DNA of 19,819 nt. Source: Ginkgo biloba (taxonomy: Eukaryota > Plantae > Ginkgophyta). Made by a program: the position numbers and the translations under genes. Where the stretch lies: the NCBI GenBank assembly GCA_024626585.2, contig JANKJI020000001.1, positions 14,984,880 to 15,004,698 of the forward strand, given 5' to 3'. Shown here in pieces: positions 19,243-19,819 of the stretch; positions within the stretch are counted from its first letter, which is position 1, and each line of letters starts with the position of its first letter. The notes beneath the pieces were generated by a model that had not been told where the DNA came from, ran no database searches, and worked only from the letters and a program-made list of their open reading frames with translations.

Positions 19243-19819
19243 TCATTAGTCACTAGTCTTTTGTAGAAAGGCCAAGTGTTAAAAAGTCCTAGTGTTGTAA
19301 AACTCATAGAGCAAGAGTCATTTGAATAGGTGGTTAAGGATCTTCTTAGTGAAGTAAAAAATATTAGGACTAAAAATACATAATTTTTAGAAAATATGAA
19401 GAAGGTTGAGTCTTTTGTTAAAAATGAAGAAAATGTGAAAGAAAAATTGAAAAGAAAACCAAGTGGAATTACCTTCAATAAAGTTCTTCTCATGCCTCTT
19501 CAAACTACAATAATAGATTCAAAGAGGAAGCATGTTGATGATAAGATCACGAATGGAGGAATTAGAAATTATAGTTATGAAGAGGTGGAAGTGCTTGAAG
19601 AGGGGATTGAAGAAGAGTCATTAGTTCTTCATGAAGTTTGTAGAATCAAGGAGATTATTGCAAACCCAAAAGAGTCAAATAGTCTAGTGTATAAATACTT
19701 AAGAAGAATAGAGTTGATGAAACTATCTGCAGAAATTATAAAGGCAATAGAAGTTGGTAAGCAAGTGAATACCTTGAGGAGGCACAACTCAAAATATATT
19801 TGGTCTATGGTGAAGATGT
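19243..19819 (+). pseudogene. K/E-rich ORF of unknown identity running off the window end, probably retrotransposon accessory ORF
   Basis: One frame from 19243 has three stops (TAG, TAG, and TAA at 19381) and is then fully open from 19384 to the end. From ATG 19396 it gives 141 codons: MKKVESFVKNEENVKEKLKRKPSGITFNKVLLMP...YEEVEVLEEGIEEESLVLHEVCRIKEIIANPKESNSLVYKYLRRIELMKLSAEIIKAIEVGKQVNTLRRHNSKYIWSMVKM. The ORF track missed it because no stop is reached. Confidence 0.5.

Noticed and set aside
8115-19493. Hydrophobic F/L/S-rich minus-strand ORFs 8115-8315 and 19185-19493 as membrane proteins
   Set aside because: They are the antisense reading of A/G-rich plus-strand frames.

Overview
AT-rich eukaryotic (plant) intergenic or heterochromatic DNA from a gappy draft assembly, with six exactly-100-N gaps plus other N runs. 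No intact host gene, RNA gene or CRISPR array is visible. The window is a nest of decayed retroelements, mostly identified by manual translation through stop codons. It holds two diverged L1-type LINE ORF1 (DUF4283-like) relics facing each other (2145-2671 +, 3406-3995 -), a chromovirus-type Ty3/Gypsy integrase (4322-5240 -) and a second Gypsy gag relic (13320-13540 +). A Tat-type Gypsy fragment (16731-18572 -) has the order gag-protease-archaeal-type RNase H, which points to a gymnosperm-like host (inference). There is also a decayed accessory ORF resembling plant-transposon-protein domains (13985-14665 -) and two K/E/L-rich coiled-coil-like ORFs (8343-8865 +, and 19243 to the window end +). 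Non-coding structure includes exactly four tandem ~193-bp units (5638-6411), about ten decaying copies of the palindrome ACCTCGATCGAGGT (6846-7411) and a probable tRNA-iMet primer-binding site (11868-11878). I found no convincing new functional system; the best leads are the accessory ORFs, the palindrome cluster and the tandem array.
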